NCBI GenBank assembly: GCA_051530055.1
Contig: CM121341.1
Coordinates: 17,896,784 to 17,960,783 of the forward strand
Origin: Neoechinorhynchus agilis
Lineage: Eukaryota > Animalia > Acanthocephala
Direction of reading: 5' to 3'
DNA: 64,000 nucleotides
Numbering within the stretch: position 1 is the stretch's first letter; each line of letters opens with the position of its first letter. A program made the position numbers and the translations under genes. Shown here in pieces: positions 1-13,289 of this stretch. The notes below the pieces were generated by a model that saw nothing but the letters and a program-made list of their open reading frames with translations, had not been told where the DNA came from and made no database searches.

Positions 1-1270
1 TTTGAAGGAGTTTTAATGTGCGATCGGAGGCTTTGTACAGGAGATGACCGATTGGGAGTCTTTCCTTGTTCTCCGGTTGTTAAGGAAAGATTGGGCTTGG
101 GGGAGGAAAGATTTTTGGTAGAGGGTGGAACGAGCGAGGGGGTATGAAAAAGTTGGGGCATCCAAAATTATCTCCGTCCCTATGAAGAACCATCGATCGC
201 TCTTAGGTGCTATTCAACCATATAACGTTGCCACTTGATCGCAAAGGAAGTGATAGCTGTTATCAAAGATAACAAAGAGTGGATAGGGAGTTCCAGAAAT
301 ATGAGGGTGTCCAGTCGATATTCACAATGTTTACGCAGACGTTATGTAAGCTGTGATGAAGGAACACCTACAAATTTTGCGAAATAGTGCCAGAAAAAAG
401 GTGACATATTTGCGAATAGATTCCGATGCAAAACGTGTTCGATGTCCAGCAAGACGGATTTCCTTCGCTTTAAATAACAGTTAGAGGATGAGCGGGATCG
501 ATTAGTTCGTCGTGGAGTATTAAAGCCTGTGGATAAAAGGATGATGTAGGTTAGGTTATATCAATTGTTATAATGAGAAAAAATGACGGATCCGTGAGAA
601 TATGCAGCGATTTCCGGATGGCTATAAATCAGAACATAATAGAAGATCCATCTAAAACGTCAATGAACTTCTTAGTAAATTGAAGGAAGAAAAAATTGTT
701 CGAATTGGGAAAATGATCCATCTAGATTTCGCAGGTGCAATCAAAGGGTGCATAGCTGTCGATGTGATGAACAAATGGTCGAGGTTTAAAATCTATATCG
801 AAATGCGAAAAAGCCCGAAGTGTTGTAACGAGATTTCGTGAATGCTTTTCGAGAATAAGAACACCTCGGTGGGTGGTAATCGATAATGGGCCACGATTGT
901 TAAGTGGAGAATTCGACGCATTTTGTTAAGAGCAAGGGATCATCACCTTAGATCGAATTTCTATCACTCGTAGTCTAATGGGTTAGCCCGACGATTTGTT
1001 GGTACATTTAAAAAGTGGACTCTGTCGCAGATTCGGTGTGGATGAAGCATGGTTGGGATTTCCTGAAAGCAAAAATAACCGGCCAGGCGCTCGCAGAACT
1101 GTTGATGGAACGGCGATTGAATGCTAAGTTGGATAATCTGAGGCCGATGTTGTGTTCAAATAATGACGCTAATAGCAGCCCATTTGGTGGGAGAAACCGC
1201 AAAACGATAAAGAGAGCTAATGACTGCTCGCCCGATAGCAAACCAGTGAAAACCCCGCTAGTACCTTAAG
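1..1270 (+). mobile_element. Decayed Gypsy-type LTR retrotransposon pol (RT/integrase) remnant
   Basis: Broken frames give integrase-like pieces HLDFAG, VIDNGPRFVSGEFDAFC and a degenerate SNGxxERF region; many stops and frameshifts. Confidence 0.6.
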
Positions 1271-1948
1271 AAATGAAAATCATTAGGAAGGAGATTTGTT
1301 ATATGTGTCAATCAATAATTACGGTATTTTCCATGAACGCATTTTCATAAAAATAGAGATGTTATGAGTATGTCTTCAGTTTTTTAAATATCGAGATCAA
1401 ACGATTAGGGTGTTTGGTAACTTTGCTTCTAAAAACGAAATGGTACGATAAACCAAAAATAGGAATTAAATCTGTTTTCAACACGAAAAGGCCGAAAATT
1501 TTCAAGATAAATCTATTTCTGAATCAAACATCGCTAATTGAAATTGAAACTATAATGAATAATTTCTTTACAAGAAATAAAACGTTATAAATCACAGAAT
1601 GGTACAATCAACACGGGGAAGGGAATGAAATGTTTAACAAGTAATTTCACTTCGAATCACGTTCAGCTTCAAACTTTTTCTTTTGCAGGTCGAGCATCAG
1701 ATCTCGCTCTGCTGTCTTCACATAATTGTCCAAATCATCAAGAGGTCTATAAATCCAATATACGAGCATATCACCTGCGATAAAACTTGAGAATAGAATA
1801 CTGTTGATCGGCGGTTCCATTGGAAAGATCTTTTACACCGGAACCAACGATATAAACCACCACGCGATTATTTCTTAACATTAAATGATTTTTCCTTCCG
1901 TTTTATTTGCACTTCACGTTTCAAAAGTATCGGCTGTTCTTTCTCAAA

Positions 1949-3644
1949 ATGGCGGAAGAACTCTGCATGGTACGTAAGAATTGTACGGCGGCGAAATTAT
2001 TTGACGAGCCCGGTTGTTGGTGGTGGTTCAAAGTCCGGAAATGGCGGCTTGTGCGACGACATTGTATGATACTATTTACACTCATTCGAAGGTTGGTTCT
2101 TTTATCTTAATTCTGTAATGAAAATCTACGACAGTTCCTCGAGTACAAATTACGGCATATCGATGTCCGTGAGGCTTTTCTTAAGCAAGAACTCAGAATG
2201 CTCAAGAAAGAGCTTTTGCATGCTCAAGAGGAGATCAAACGTATAAAAAGTGTTCCTCTCGTTATTGGGCAATTCTTGGAGCCAATAGACGCTATTAGTG
2301 GAATTGTAGGCAGCACGAATGGCAGCAATTATTATGTACGCGTCTTGTCAACTATTGACCGTGAACTTCTTAAGACTGGATCAAGCGTTGCTTTACATAA
2401 ACATAGCAATTCGCTAGTCGACGTACTTCCGCCTGAGTCGGACAGCACAATTTCGGTTCTTCAGGCCGATGAACGTCCTGATGTTAGTTATACTGATATT
2501 GGCGGTCTTGATATCCAAAAGCAGGAAATGAGGGAAGCAGTAGAAGTCGAGCGGGCGTCATTTTGGAGGATTGGGAGTTTTCTCGGTAGAATGAAATGTT
2601 AATTTTTGGTTTTTGTAGAGTTATATGAGCGCTGCCATTCGATCTAGGACGAAACTATTCGAATACTGACATTTTGTCCGTTCTTCTCTTCAAATTTGTA
2701 ATTATAATTGGAAACACGCAGTTCCGTGTGGTGATTCCACCCAATTGTGATATTTCGTGGTTTTAAGTGTCTTAGGAGATAATAGCACTCAAAAAAATCG
2801 AAATCTTTTTCTTGTGTGGACCGAATAGCTGCCCAAATCTCGGAGACTTTGTCCGAATAGAAATTGAACACGACTTTTCCCTACTTGCCAAAAGTCATAA
2901 TGCTTAAAATGAAACCTGCTCAACTCCCTAGAGCTTCCGCTGACTCATTACGACCTGTATCACCAAATCGGCATTGATCCGCCTCGTGGTGTTCTCATGT
3001 ACGGTCCACCAGGTTGCGGCAAGACGATGCTCGCCAAAGCCGTTGCCAATCAGACAACCGCATCATTCATTCGAGTGGTAGGAAGTGAATTTGTTCAAAA
3101 GTACTTGGGTGAAGGACCTCGAATGGTGCGCGACGTATTTCGTCTTGCAAAGGAGAACGCTCCATCGATAGTGTTTATAGACGAAATCGACGCGATCGCT
3201 ACTAAACGGTTTGACGCTCAGACTGGCGCTGATCGCGAAGTGCAGCGTATTCTACTCGAACTTCTCAATCAGATGGACGGATTCGATCAAAGTGTCAACG
3301 TAAAAGTTATTATGGCCACTAATAGGGCCGACACTCTGGATCCGGCACTTCTTCGACCAGGTCGACTTGACCGAAAGATCGAGTTTCCAATGCCGGATCG
3401 AAGGCAAAAACGTCTTATACTTTCAACGTTGACATCGAAAATGAATTTGAGCGACGAAATCGACTTGGAAGATTATGTTGCAAGACCGGACAATATATCA
3501 GGAGCTGACATAAACTCAATTTGCCAGGAAGCCGGAATGCGGGCTGTTCGCGATAACCGATTTGTGGTCTTGTCTAAAGACTTTGATGATGGATACAAGA
3601 CTGTAGTGAAGAAATCAGAAATCGATCACGAGTTTTATAGATGA
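1949..3644 (+). CDS. PSMC4: 26S proteasome AAA-ATPase subunit Rpt3 (6B), multi-exon
   Basis: [71 protein letters not shown]. Short GT-AG introns in the 5' part; 388-nt interruption at 2541-2930. Start codon 1949 is inferred. Confidence 0.95.
2541..2930 (+). other. TA-bounded, inverted-repeat intervening sequence in PSMC4
   Basis: GCA G[TA]...CCC[TA] GAG joins to EAVELPL. 2547-2564 pairs with 2906-2923 at 14/18. An equal-length GT-AG reading (2546-2933) also exists. Confidence 0.6.
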
Positions 3645-4799
3645 TTTATTCAATATCTCATAGAGGGTCTGGGCGCGCAAGAAGCTATGAGATTGCCACG
3701 GGTGATCGGTCTGCTCAAGTATCTTCTAGATAATAAAAACGGTTACATGAGCGTCTTTGAACAAATGAAGAGGTTAGCACGTGTTTAAAGCATCTCTAGG
3801 AAAACTATAATCAAAAATCATGCTTTTCGAGCGGCCCGGTCCTCGTTTTGCACTTTGCAAGGGATTTGGAACTGTCATCAGCACGCGAGTCTTTAGTTTT
3901 CGGTTTTTACGAAAAAAAACACGATAACAGGACGGAATCTCACTTACCAGAAGATTTATTTGCCCGCCGACATCCAAAGTCAACGTCATTTTTTTATTAA
4001 GCCAGGAACCATAACCTCTAAAAATTCTTAAACTGTTTGTGAAGCTATTTTATAAAAGCATTGATAATCCTCTTTGCGTCTTTCTAAGCGTTCAAGTGCA
4101 GTATTCGAATGACTACGCATCGACAGAAAAGGTGCCAATCTAACTTTAATCGTATTTCCATGATTATTGTAGTTAATCGTTTATTACTTTAAATTTCTAA
4201 AATCTTCCACGCCAAAAACTATTTGTAGTCTATTGCGGACGATTGCATTTAATTTCTTATACTTTCCTACCAAGCGAATAACTTATAGTCGCATGTGTGA
4301 ATGATGAGAATGCACTTTGAATATTTTCACATCCACGTTTCAAGAGAATCATTGTGTTGTCGTTTATGTAGTTTCCTTCCAAATTTGTCGAACTCGATCG
4401 TCAGTTTGGTAACGATCAAACCATAATTTTAATATCATTATTTACTTCATCATATACGTTCTTTTTTAGACTATTATTTAGATTTTGATTACTTGCTTTT
4501 ACTAGTCATTGATATAATAGCGCGATTACTTTTTTAACAATTTAATATTTATGTTGAAAATATTTTTCATCTGCTCAACATGGGATTCGATATTTGATCG
4601 ACGGCACTGATGAAAATCTAACGAATTCGATGGGGTTATTTTCTTCAAATCGAAAATGCAATCTCTTCCCTGCCTTCTAACCTACTTTCAATTTTCCGCA
4701 TTTGTCTACTCTTACCCTGTTCTACTCTCTTCCTTTTCCCCTTTTCCATTTTCCCCTCTTATTTCACAATTTTTTTCCATAGCCCCTTTATTTGTTAGT

Positions 4800-5545
4800 T
4801 CTGGTACAATTACCACCGTCCGCAAAATCTTAGCTTCTCACCTTCCTCGGCTGTCGCTATCACGCTAGCAGCATTGTCTCGTTGTACTGCGAGCGAGATA
4901 TTTTGTCACGGGAATACACCTGCTCGTGCGTCGCCGGTCGTTTCTCTCAATTTCTTCGAGAGATCCTGGAGCAGAGTGAATGCCGAGCTGCCAAGCGCTC
5001 CATACGTCTCTACTCCGAAGGGGATAAAATAGTGGGCCCTTGCTAATTCTCTATATTTTCGTACCTTCCTCCCTTCCGCTGCACTGACTGTACCTCCAGG
5101 GATTTCGAGAGAGTACGGAATGTTGCTTACTGCGAGGGTGTCCACACAAGTGGCGTCCCAGAGAAGGCATTTGCCCTCCCGCCACGGAAAGACCGAAATT
5201 CCGTCAGGTCGACGACCGTCTAGTCGACAAAGATGGGCGGGTTCCAAGATGTTGGGGACGTTCGCCGTCCTCAACGCCCGAGAAATTACGCTGTTGATTT
5301 CAGAATGGCGTGAGAACCTTCCTCCTGACTTTCGACAAACGAGACTGTGTCGCCCGAAAGCATCAACCAAATACCCACATCGACAGCGATGGGGCGTGCA
5401 TATCGGGAGACCAGGCCTTAAGGATACTGTGATCCTCGTTGCCTCATCAGTGAGAAGAGTTCCCACAGATGCCAGAGGAATAGCATTCTCGTGCCGAAAC
5501 TGCCAAAAATCTAATGCATGGTTCGATGGCTTGTATTTTCCCATC
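4800..5545 (-). mobile_element. 5'-truncated CRE-type non-LTR retrotransposon (family A), restriction-like endonuclease region
   Basis: CRCG...RHSLVC...RH zinc knuckle, DGRRPDG, WDATCVDT, FGVETYG, then a QRDNAAS-like end. Confidence 0.85.
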
Positions 5546-5883
5546 CAATTTAAGCATCGCCGTTTAACCTTACATCTCTATACTTTCCCACTTTCAGGGC
5601 CCGCTTCCTCCTTTTGTTGTATTCATCCAATAATCCAACTTTCCACTTTTTTTCGAATTTTAAATTTAATCCCCTCCACCATTAACAAATTTCACTTTCC
5701 CCTCCTGTTCAACCTCTATCATATATTCCCACTTCCCATCTCCCATTTTTCTACTCCCAGCTTTCATAATTTCCAATTAACATCTTTCCAGCTCTCTCCG
5801 TTCTTATATTCCCCTATCTATTGCTATTTTAAAATTCCCATTCAAACAATTTCTTTTTCTTGTAAAGATATTCTCCATTATAG

Positions 5884-6080
5884 TTTGTTTTAATAGCGAA
5901 GATTGTATCAATTAAATTTATTATATGAAAATTTTCGGCCTTTTCGTTGGCCTTCTTCAGTCACTTGATTTGCGAGGAAAATACAAGTTCGCAAAACAAG
6001 TGACTGAAGAAGGCCAACGAAAAGGCCGAAAATTTTCATATAATAAATTTAATTGATACAATCTTCGCTATTGAAACAAA
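5884..6080. repeat. Long palindrome (about 84-bp arms) carrying two outward-facing hammerhead ribozyme motifs
   Basis: 5884-5967 is the near-perfect reverse complement of 5997-6080. Each arm reads gtga-CTGAAGA-a-GGCC-loop-GGCC-GAAA-at-TT-tcat. Confidence 0.85.
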
Positions 6081-7071
6081 TTTCATTTTCGCCGTATCTT
6101 CGATTTAGCCTTTCCTTCCACTAGCCCTTTTCCGCTTCCTCGTCCCCTATTTACATTCAACGCCTTAATTACTCCTACCTACCCCTTTCCTTCTTTTTCG
6201 TCCTATCTCGATTTCCAATTTTTCTCCTCTTCCCCGTTTCTTTTCCCGTAAAACCCCTTCATTTTCCACTCTTTCACATATTCCTCATTTAATATTTAAT
6301 CGCTCGCCTACATCGTTTAGTTCCATTTCTTTGTTTCTTGTATTCTTATCTGCCTCCTGCTTAATCCCCTTCCAAATCCTTGATTCATCCTTGGCTCCTA
6401 ATTCCCAATTCTCTTAACCTTATCTCTTGCCATATAACCCTCTCCCTGGGCCACACACTTAACCTTCCTTCTGATATAATCCAGCTTTAACCAACATTAA
6501 CTATCCTCCCTTTGTGTGTGTGAGCTAAACAAGGCGGACACCCTCCTAATGGCAAACCTTGCGATAGGCCGATCAAAAGGCGCACTTAAAATTTCGGTGG
6601 CAGGATATGACCCGGTCTTATTGAGAAATGATCAGGGGTTTCCAGGCGCGAGGGCGCAAGTAAACTAGTCCAAAATATAAATAGAAAACAATCCGAATTT
6701 GGTCAAAAGGTACGTATAACATCGCGGAACAGAACATAACTACGTGACTTTTTACTCTTGGAGAAATGCTGTGTTGACTGATATTTTGTTTTACAGGACG
6801 GTTAACTCTGATAAAGTTGCCCATTTTTATTTCAGGTTCTTAAAAGACTGCAAATTTATTTAAAAATATTCCAATAAAAATTTTTCTCTAATCTTTCATA
6901 AAGCACTCATATATGTCTTTAGCATCTCTAATGATTTGATCAATTAAAGTGCCTCGAATGGACTTTCACCTAAGAGCAATCTTTACAGAATTTTGCCACT
7001 CTTATATAGTTCCAGTATTCATTTTAGGAATCAAAACTCCATATGAAGACAATTAATATCGATAAATTCGT

Positions 7072-8214
7072 CTATTTTGTTGTTGCTGGTGTCGAGTTTG
7101 TTAATACCTGTATTCTCTCTGAACGTCGAATTTTGTTCAATACTTCAGAATGCTCGACCACCTCTCCAGCATCAGCAGGACGCTTCAAGAATGGAGCCAT
7201 TTTACTGCTCGGTATTCTAACATCATCGATCCGATGACTTTTCCTTAAAGGTTCGTCATTTCCGCTTGAGTTTTTGGTTGCCAAACTATGACTCCTCTTT
7301 ACACCATGTCGTGATTGTCGCTTTTTCATTGATGGCTTAACTGCCTTTCTTGCCTGTGCACCGTGTTTCGGTGGCTTCTCGGTTAAACAGCTCGGATCAA
7401 TATATTGTACGTTCTTTTTGGAGTTAACCATGCATCGAGCAGGCGCTGTAGATAATATCGATCTGTAACTACTCGAAGACGAGGATGAAGATAAAGTATT
7501 CTGCCACTCAAAAGAGCAAGATGATTCACTTTGACTGTCGCAAGATTCTTCGAATTCTCTGAACTGTGCCTCAATGAGCCATGTGTTCACAGGGGCAAGC
7601 ATAGAAACTAAATCTTGTGACAGTAGGCAAGACCAACTGTCTTGTGATTCATCTTCTGAAAGATCGGTAGAATTGCCATCGTTATAATCATTGCTGATAA
7701 AAGTACCCGGTTGAACGCTTTGCGGCGCGATGCTTTCATTTCCGATTGCGCTCTCGCTTCTTTCTTTTCGTTCATGTTCTCTTTGGGGCAATATTGGGAA
7801 AATTGATAAACCTTCTAATGATATTGCAAGTAATTCCATGTCAATTTGTTGGGCATCGAATTCCTCGGATGTGTATTCTGCTGATGAGTCATCAGAGTCT
7901 GACAATATTTCATCTAATATTCTCAAGCGCCCTAGAATTGACATTATTCTTACTTCGATATCTGAATTGCTTGACGAATTGGAATGCGATTCAAGCGGGC
8001 TGCTACTTGGTGTGAATCCTAGTGCTGTATGTTTTTTTTGTTGATTGTCCATAAGCGTTTCGTTTATTATATCGGAATCAACACATTTGGATATAGCAAA
8101 ACCTTTGTTTTGTTCTGTAATTGTTACTGATATTGATTGTATTGCATGTTGTTCTCCGTCATCGGATAACGGCGCAGACGATCGTTCATCTGTCTCGTTG
8201 GGCTTGTGCTCCAT
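7072..8214 (-). CDS. Hypothetical Ser/Asp/Glu-rich protein with basic C-terminal region
   Basis: 380-codon ATG-initiated ORF in AT-rich DNA; no recognisable domain. Confidence 0.55.
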   Translation of the reverse strand: MEHKPNETDERSSAPLSDDGEQHAIQSISVTITEQNKGFAISKCVDSDIINETLMDNQQKKHTALGFTPSSSPLESHSNSSSNSDIEVRIMSILGRLRILDEILSDSDDSSAEYTSEEFDAQQIDMELLAISLEGLSIFPILPQREHERKERSESAIGNESIAPQSVQPGTFISNDYNDGNSTDLSEDESQDSWSCLLSQDLVSMLAPVNTWLIEAQFREFEESCDSQSESSCSFEWQNTLSSSSSSSSYRSILSTAPARCMVNSKKNVQYIDPSCLTEKPPKHGAQARKAVKPSMKKRQSRHGVKRSHSLATKNSSGNDEPLRKSHRIDDVRIPSSKMAPFLKRPADAGEVVEHSEVLNKIRRSERIQVLTNSTPATTK

Positions 8215-8844
8215 TTTCTTTATATTCTAAAATGAAGTAAACTTTTTCATTTCCTAGGAGAAATACAATTCTCTGATGTGGTTACATCAAAATTCTTATC
8301 TTTTATATTCATATGCGAACATTTTCAATATTTTAGACAACAAAGTTTGTTTAGAAAAAGCACACATGCGAATAAGATTAATGTGAGATAAAGATCGATT
8401 TTCTAATTCATGGATGCGGATAAATTATGCTCTAAATGTAGTTGCGTTCGATTTTCTTGAGCTCACATAAAAAGGGCTGCAGAATAGTAACGTTCAAAGG
8501 TAATTATTGTCTGATTAAGTAATCCAGACATCTTTATTGATGAAAGTATTTGTAAACACATTTTTCAAATGATTTCTAATACCAATTTTTTTTGGCTGTT
8601 CGAAAGCAAATAATTTCAGGAAACAGATACCGAGAGCACGACTCACTTTCGCGTTTATGTATTGGGTATTGAGGTATTTTCCAAATTTTAATTCTTTGTC
8701 GGATCCGCTTAATTTTCTAAATTCTATTGATAACATTGATTTTAATTTTGCACTTTCTGTTGGCAAATTGCCACCCCAGATTTAAATTAACTAATTTATT
8801 TCCTTTTTTAATTTCCTGGAATTTATTTTAATTGAGAAGACATG

Positions 8845-9130
8845 AAATCATTCACACCACCGCTCTGGATCACTCAGCTGCCGTCCTGGTGTAACGGTCG
8901 AAAGAAAGGATGCAGCGTTCCTCTCGTTGCACAGCCAGACTTATGTTTTGTAGGAGGAATGCTCCTGATTTCGGATCGCCAGTGATTCGTCTCAATCTCT
9001 TGGGCAATTGATTGACCAGTTCTTGCGCCGCGGTATCAAGCGACCAGTCTCGACGCCAAAGGGAACAAAATAATGATTTCGACTCTTCCGATATTTCGTC
9101 AGATAATTCCGACATTTCCTCAAGTTTTGC
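8845..9130 (-). mobile_element. CRE-type retrotransposon 3' fragment (family B)
   Basis: ITGDPKSGAFLLQNISLAVQR; shared 3' tail cattcacaccaccgctctggatcactcagctgccgtcct. Confidence 0.75.
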
Positions 9131-9789
9131 TATCTAAAACACAAACATTACAGCGCTATCCTGTGAACTGGTTCTTATCGGGCATCATGTTCATCAGACC
9201 CGCGTTGCTTGACTAATTGTCCACTAGAACCTCTGAGCTAGTGCACCACTGCCTTTTCAATGGAAATTTTAAACTGATGGTGGTTTTATTACCATCCATC
9301 TGTTGAACTGAGCAGTCTATTTCGATGGCTTCCATTAACAAACGATTTCGTACGCTAGTCACATTCACGCCATTAAAATCAAAAGGTTAAACGAAGCGTT
9401 GGATTCGAGACACAGCAACATCAAATGAGCTGTAACATCCGAAGAGAGTGAGCAGCGAACTATCAATTTAATGTTGTTACTGTTAGTCGTCGCATACCTT
9501 CCTTAAAATGATCTCCGCTCTTTCTTCTCAACCGCTCAATCCTCCAAATGCGAATCGATTCGGGGGAACAAGGGGAAGACAACTAACTTTTTGAGACTGC
9601 AACGACGTAACAATAAAAAAAACCCGCCAAAACTTCCAAGTTACAAGTCTCACGCAGATTTGATTCTCTTCAGAAAATCGTTGGCTTACGTTACCACATT
9701 CGCGAAAACCTGTCAATTTTCTGGCGACCTTGTTACCGTATGAGGAATGAGCTGCTATTATTGGTAGGAGAGTAGTAACACTTCCAAAC

Positions 9790-10450
9790 GCTGCGTACAA
9801 TCACTCTGGTATGGAATTCAACGCTACGAAGCCAAAGTTCTCCCCAGCAACCTCCAAGGCAGGTGAAGATCGACAACGACTAGAAGTTGAACACTTCTCC
9901 TATCTTGTCAGCATGTTCTCAAGGACCCATGACACGCGGAAAAGGGCATGGAAAACAACATTAAAGCATTCCCAATTCGCCTATGGACGCCTCACTTGGC
10001 GAGTTGTCAACAACCACGGACTGACCACTCGTACAAATATATCGGTTTTCCGAGCAGTACTTCTCTCCGACCCTCTCTAAGAATGCGAAACGTGGACGGA
10101 AACGTTTCAAACAATTATAGCTGAGACAGGTCCTAGGAATCAGCTAGGAGGATATAGTCACCAACAATTAAGTACACCGACGAGCCTCGGTACCCAGCGT
10201 TGAAACCATCTTCCTCCGCAAAAATATCCTGCGGATCGACCTAACCCGATTTCTGAGGAGCTCAGCAACGGCAGATGACTACACGGTTTACCCAAGCGCC
10301 GCTACAATCATCAACTGAAGCAATCCATAACGGTCGCCAATGTCGACCTTCCTCCAAGGGACAATTAGGAAACGATCACATAAAATAGAGAATGACAGTC
10401 GGCGAGGGCACTAATGCCTTCGAAAATGTCAGACGACGAGAAAAGAATGC
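9790..10450 (+). mobile_element. Decayed RTE-clade non-LTR retrotransposon, RT C-terminal part
   Basis: VEHFSYLVSM, AYGRLTWRV, SVFRAVLLSDPL followed by gaatgcgaaacgtggac (xCETW); frameshifted. Confidence 0.6.
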
Positions 10451-11429
10451 AACATTCTCGCCCTCCCTCCCCGTCGAACACTGGATTAGAAGGGGACTAC
10501 ACCAATGTTCGGAAAGTCCAAATCGCTTAGGATTGATGTACTTTATTTCGATTTATAAATCGGAAAAGTGAGCCAAATGTTCAGGGTTTACGTCAAAAGC
10601 GATTCGATGGACGATTCATTCCGTCTTCACATTATCATCATGGCCAACCGAAGAATTAGATAAGACGAAATGGCCGTTAAGTTCCGCGTTTTATACGGCA
10701 CAATTTCAAAAAAAATTGGCGAGTTTTCCTAAAAAACATTAAAATTTAGATTCGCTTTATAAAGAATAAAGAAACATCAAGTCTGTATAATCAATTATCA
10801 CAAGGACCAACTTGAGGTATTGGAATCGTCATTCTACACTTATCCATGGACCGAATAAATCAATAATCGAGGAAATCGCCGATTTGTTAGAGCTCCCAGA
10901 TTAAAAATGACGGTAAGAATGAAAAATATTTACGATTATTTCTATTCAATTGTTCCTTGGAGTGGATGTGTATTCTCAATAGCGAATTGTTACACACTCG
11001 AGCTTTATTGTTGAAATCTTCATTGCGAATTTTCAAGACCATAGCCTCCTCAAGCATTGTTTGCAAGTGTTTACGACGTTAGATCGTGTCCTATTTTTGA
11101 AGGTTAAATAAGAAAACTGGTAAGCTTTATCGGTGCGACCTAAGCTTACGAGTTTTCTTTTTAGACCTGGAAAAAGAATACCGATTAATGATTGGCCGAT
11201 CAGCTTTTCTTGACTTGTAAATTTCCAAAACGATCAACTCATTGTAGAGCTCCATAATAAAACAATTTTTCCCGTTTTTTGTTTGCAAGCGACCTTCAAT
11301 TATAACGATCAAATCGCTAGATCGATAACTGGGTAAAAAAGACGGAAGAATCGCACAAGTCTCACCATTAGACCTGTATTTTAAGTTATTCGGATTATGT
11401 TTTCAGCCACAGTTCATGATGCGATGTTT

Positions 11430-11940
11430 GTTTTCATTCTTCCTTCGTTATTTGTTTTCTGTTATATCTTCTTTCTTCGAGCTTATCCCTTTTTGGGATC
11501 GCAAAAAAATGTACAATCAAACATAGTTCATCGTCTCTCTTGACCGCTTGTTCTCTGCAACTGCGTCTTTCCACCTTTTTTGGGTCTGCCTCGTCTCCTA
11601 GCTCCCTCAAGCTCCATTTCCCGAGTTCCATTTTTACTTTCTCGCTCCATTTGATCCACCTTGGTCGATCCACGCACATATTTATTTGGAATCATGTCTT
11701 TCCAGGTGATTCCAGCCATCCATCGCAGCATATTCATCTCGGCCACCTGCAGTCTTTTGATGTGGCTCTTCATGGTACTCCATATCTCTGAGCCATAAAT
11801 CATCGCTGGCCGTATCGCAGTCTTATAGACGTGACCTTTTATCACAAATTATCCCTGTGAGGCTTCTCCATTTCATCCATCCGTGAAATGGATCGTCAAT
11901 GCATATTATCTTGGGTGTTCACTGCGTGTTCTAGATATTT
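11430..11940 (-). mobile_element. RTE-clade non-LTR retrotransposon 3' fragment
   Basis: KGHVYKTAIRPAMIYGSEIW...LQVAEMNMLRWMAG...GARRRGRPK is typical of the RTE RT C-terminus. Confidence 0.8.
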
Positions 11941-13289
11941 TTTGATATGTCAGGTCAAAAATATAAGAAACTGGGCTACATGGTTATTTCTCCGAATGGC
12001 ACATTGGTCAGCGTACGTTTTCTCTCAATTAAAACTTCGACCTTTATGTTAATTAGAGTATTTTCAGAGTAGTGGCACTCTCAAGAATGAACAAAGAATG
12101 GTTCCATTGGTTATTAGTCTCGTCCGAACAAGGATTAAGTTTTCTCGCTAGAAGTTAATCCGTGTATTAGAAATGACTTCTTCTCTCACTGAGATTATTG
12201 GTGGATACAGTTCTTCTGACAAAAGATTATCTTGTGAGTTGGTTTAGATATTGTACATTTTTATCGGAAGTTATGTAGTCGCTGTGGACGAAGGAGTTGT
12301 TGCTTTCGCAACTGTAGCCAAAGGAAACATTCATTTGGCGATGATGGCTGTACGAGACGAAGAGTAAACATGTGATTTGTGTAAGATTTTAGTCCGAGAA
12401 AATAAGTTAAATTCATGACTTTTCTTTTCGAGACTCTAAAAATAGTTTTAAGTGTTGTGAATCAAAAACGAATCTGTATGATCGTTGCTAGAAGTCTAAT
12501 TGAATAATTTACGGATCATTAGCACGATTGAATAGAAATGTACAAAATGGTTTGTTGTTCATTAATGAAGATTTTTCGTGTCGCTATTCGACTGAGTATT
12601 TGCATCTTTAAGTAAAGTTTTATTGAGAAAATTTATAAAAGTTCCGATAGGAACATCTTTATCCGCCGTTGAACAAGGCCATTTTCCAACCTTTGTTAAA
12701 AATTCTTCGGTGCTTGGTCAAATGGCACCAATTGTCTCAATGACGAGTGAATCGGGACATGTAATAAAATTTCAGTGCTCCATGCCTTTTTAAGCTCTAC
12801 TGTCGTTACCTTTTTAGTCCTTTAAAAAAAGAAAGATTTCTCTAATCAATGCATTATGTTGAATGAACATCCAATATATTCACGAATGCCATATAGCACT
12901 TAAAGCGATCTCGAACTATGCATTTTGATAGCCGTTAGCTTGTAATTTTTTATCCTTGATGTCCGATTTTGAACAGCCGAATTCTTCAGTACTTTTATAA
13001 CATCCCTTCCTTGGCTTATTTTCCTATTTAAGCATTTTATAGTGCATATATTTAACACTTTAACAATCGCGTGTTTTCGGGACCCTGAAGAAGGAGTAAG
13101 AATCCGAAATGTCGGTCCAAAATAAACATTTGTTGCGACCGTTTATAGTGCTCAAATTAGGACAATCTAAAAGATTACATGCGGTTGAGAAGTCAATCGA
13201 CAGTCCACCAACTGACCAACATTTTAGGCATATAGCCACACCGACCTTGTGCATTAAGAGAAGCGATTGAATCACCTAGACTCTGATGC

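Noticed and set aside
5546-6510. Phe/Ser/Pro/Leu-rich ORF extensions here and at 4656-4868 and 16005-16373
   Set aside because: Produced by pyrimidine-rich low-complexity DNA, probably decayed retroelement sequence.
6535-6620. cctcctaatgg resembles the P3/L3 of an HDV-like ribozyme
   Set aside because: Could not find a matching P1 helix, P1.1 GG or P2 partner in the required order.
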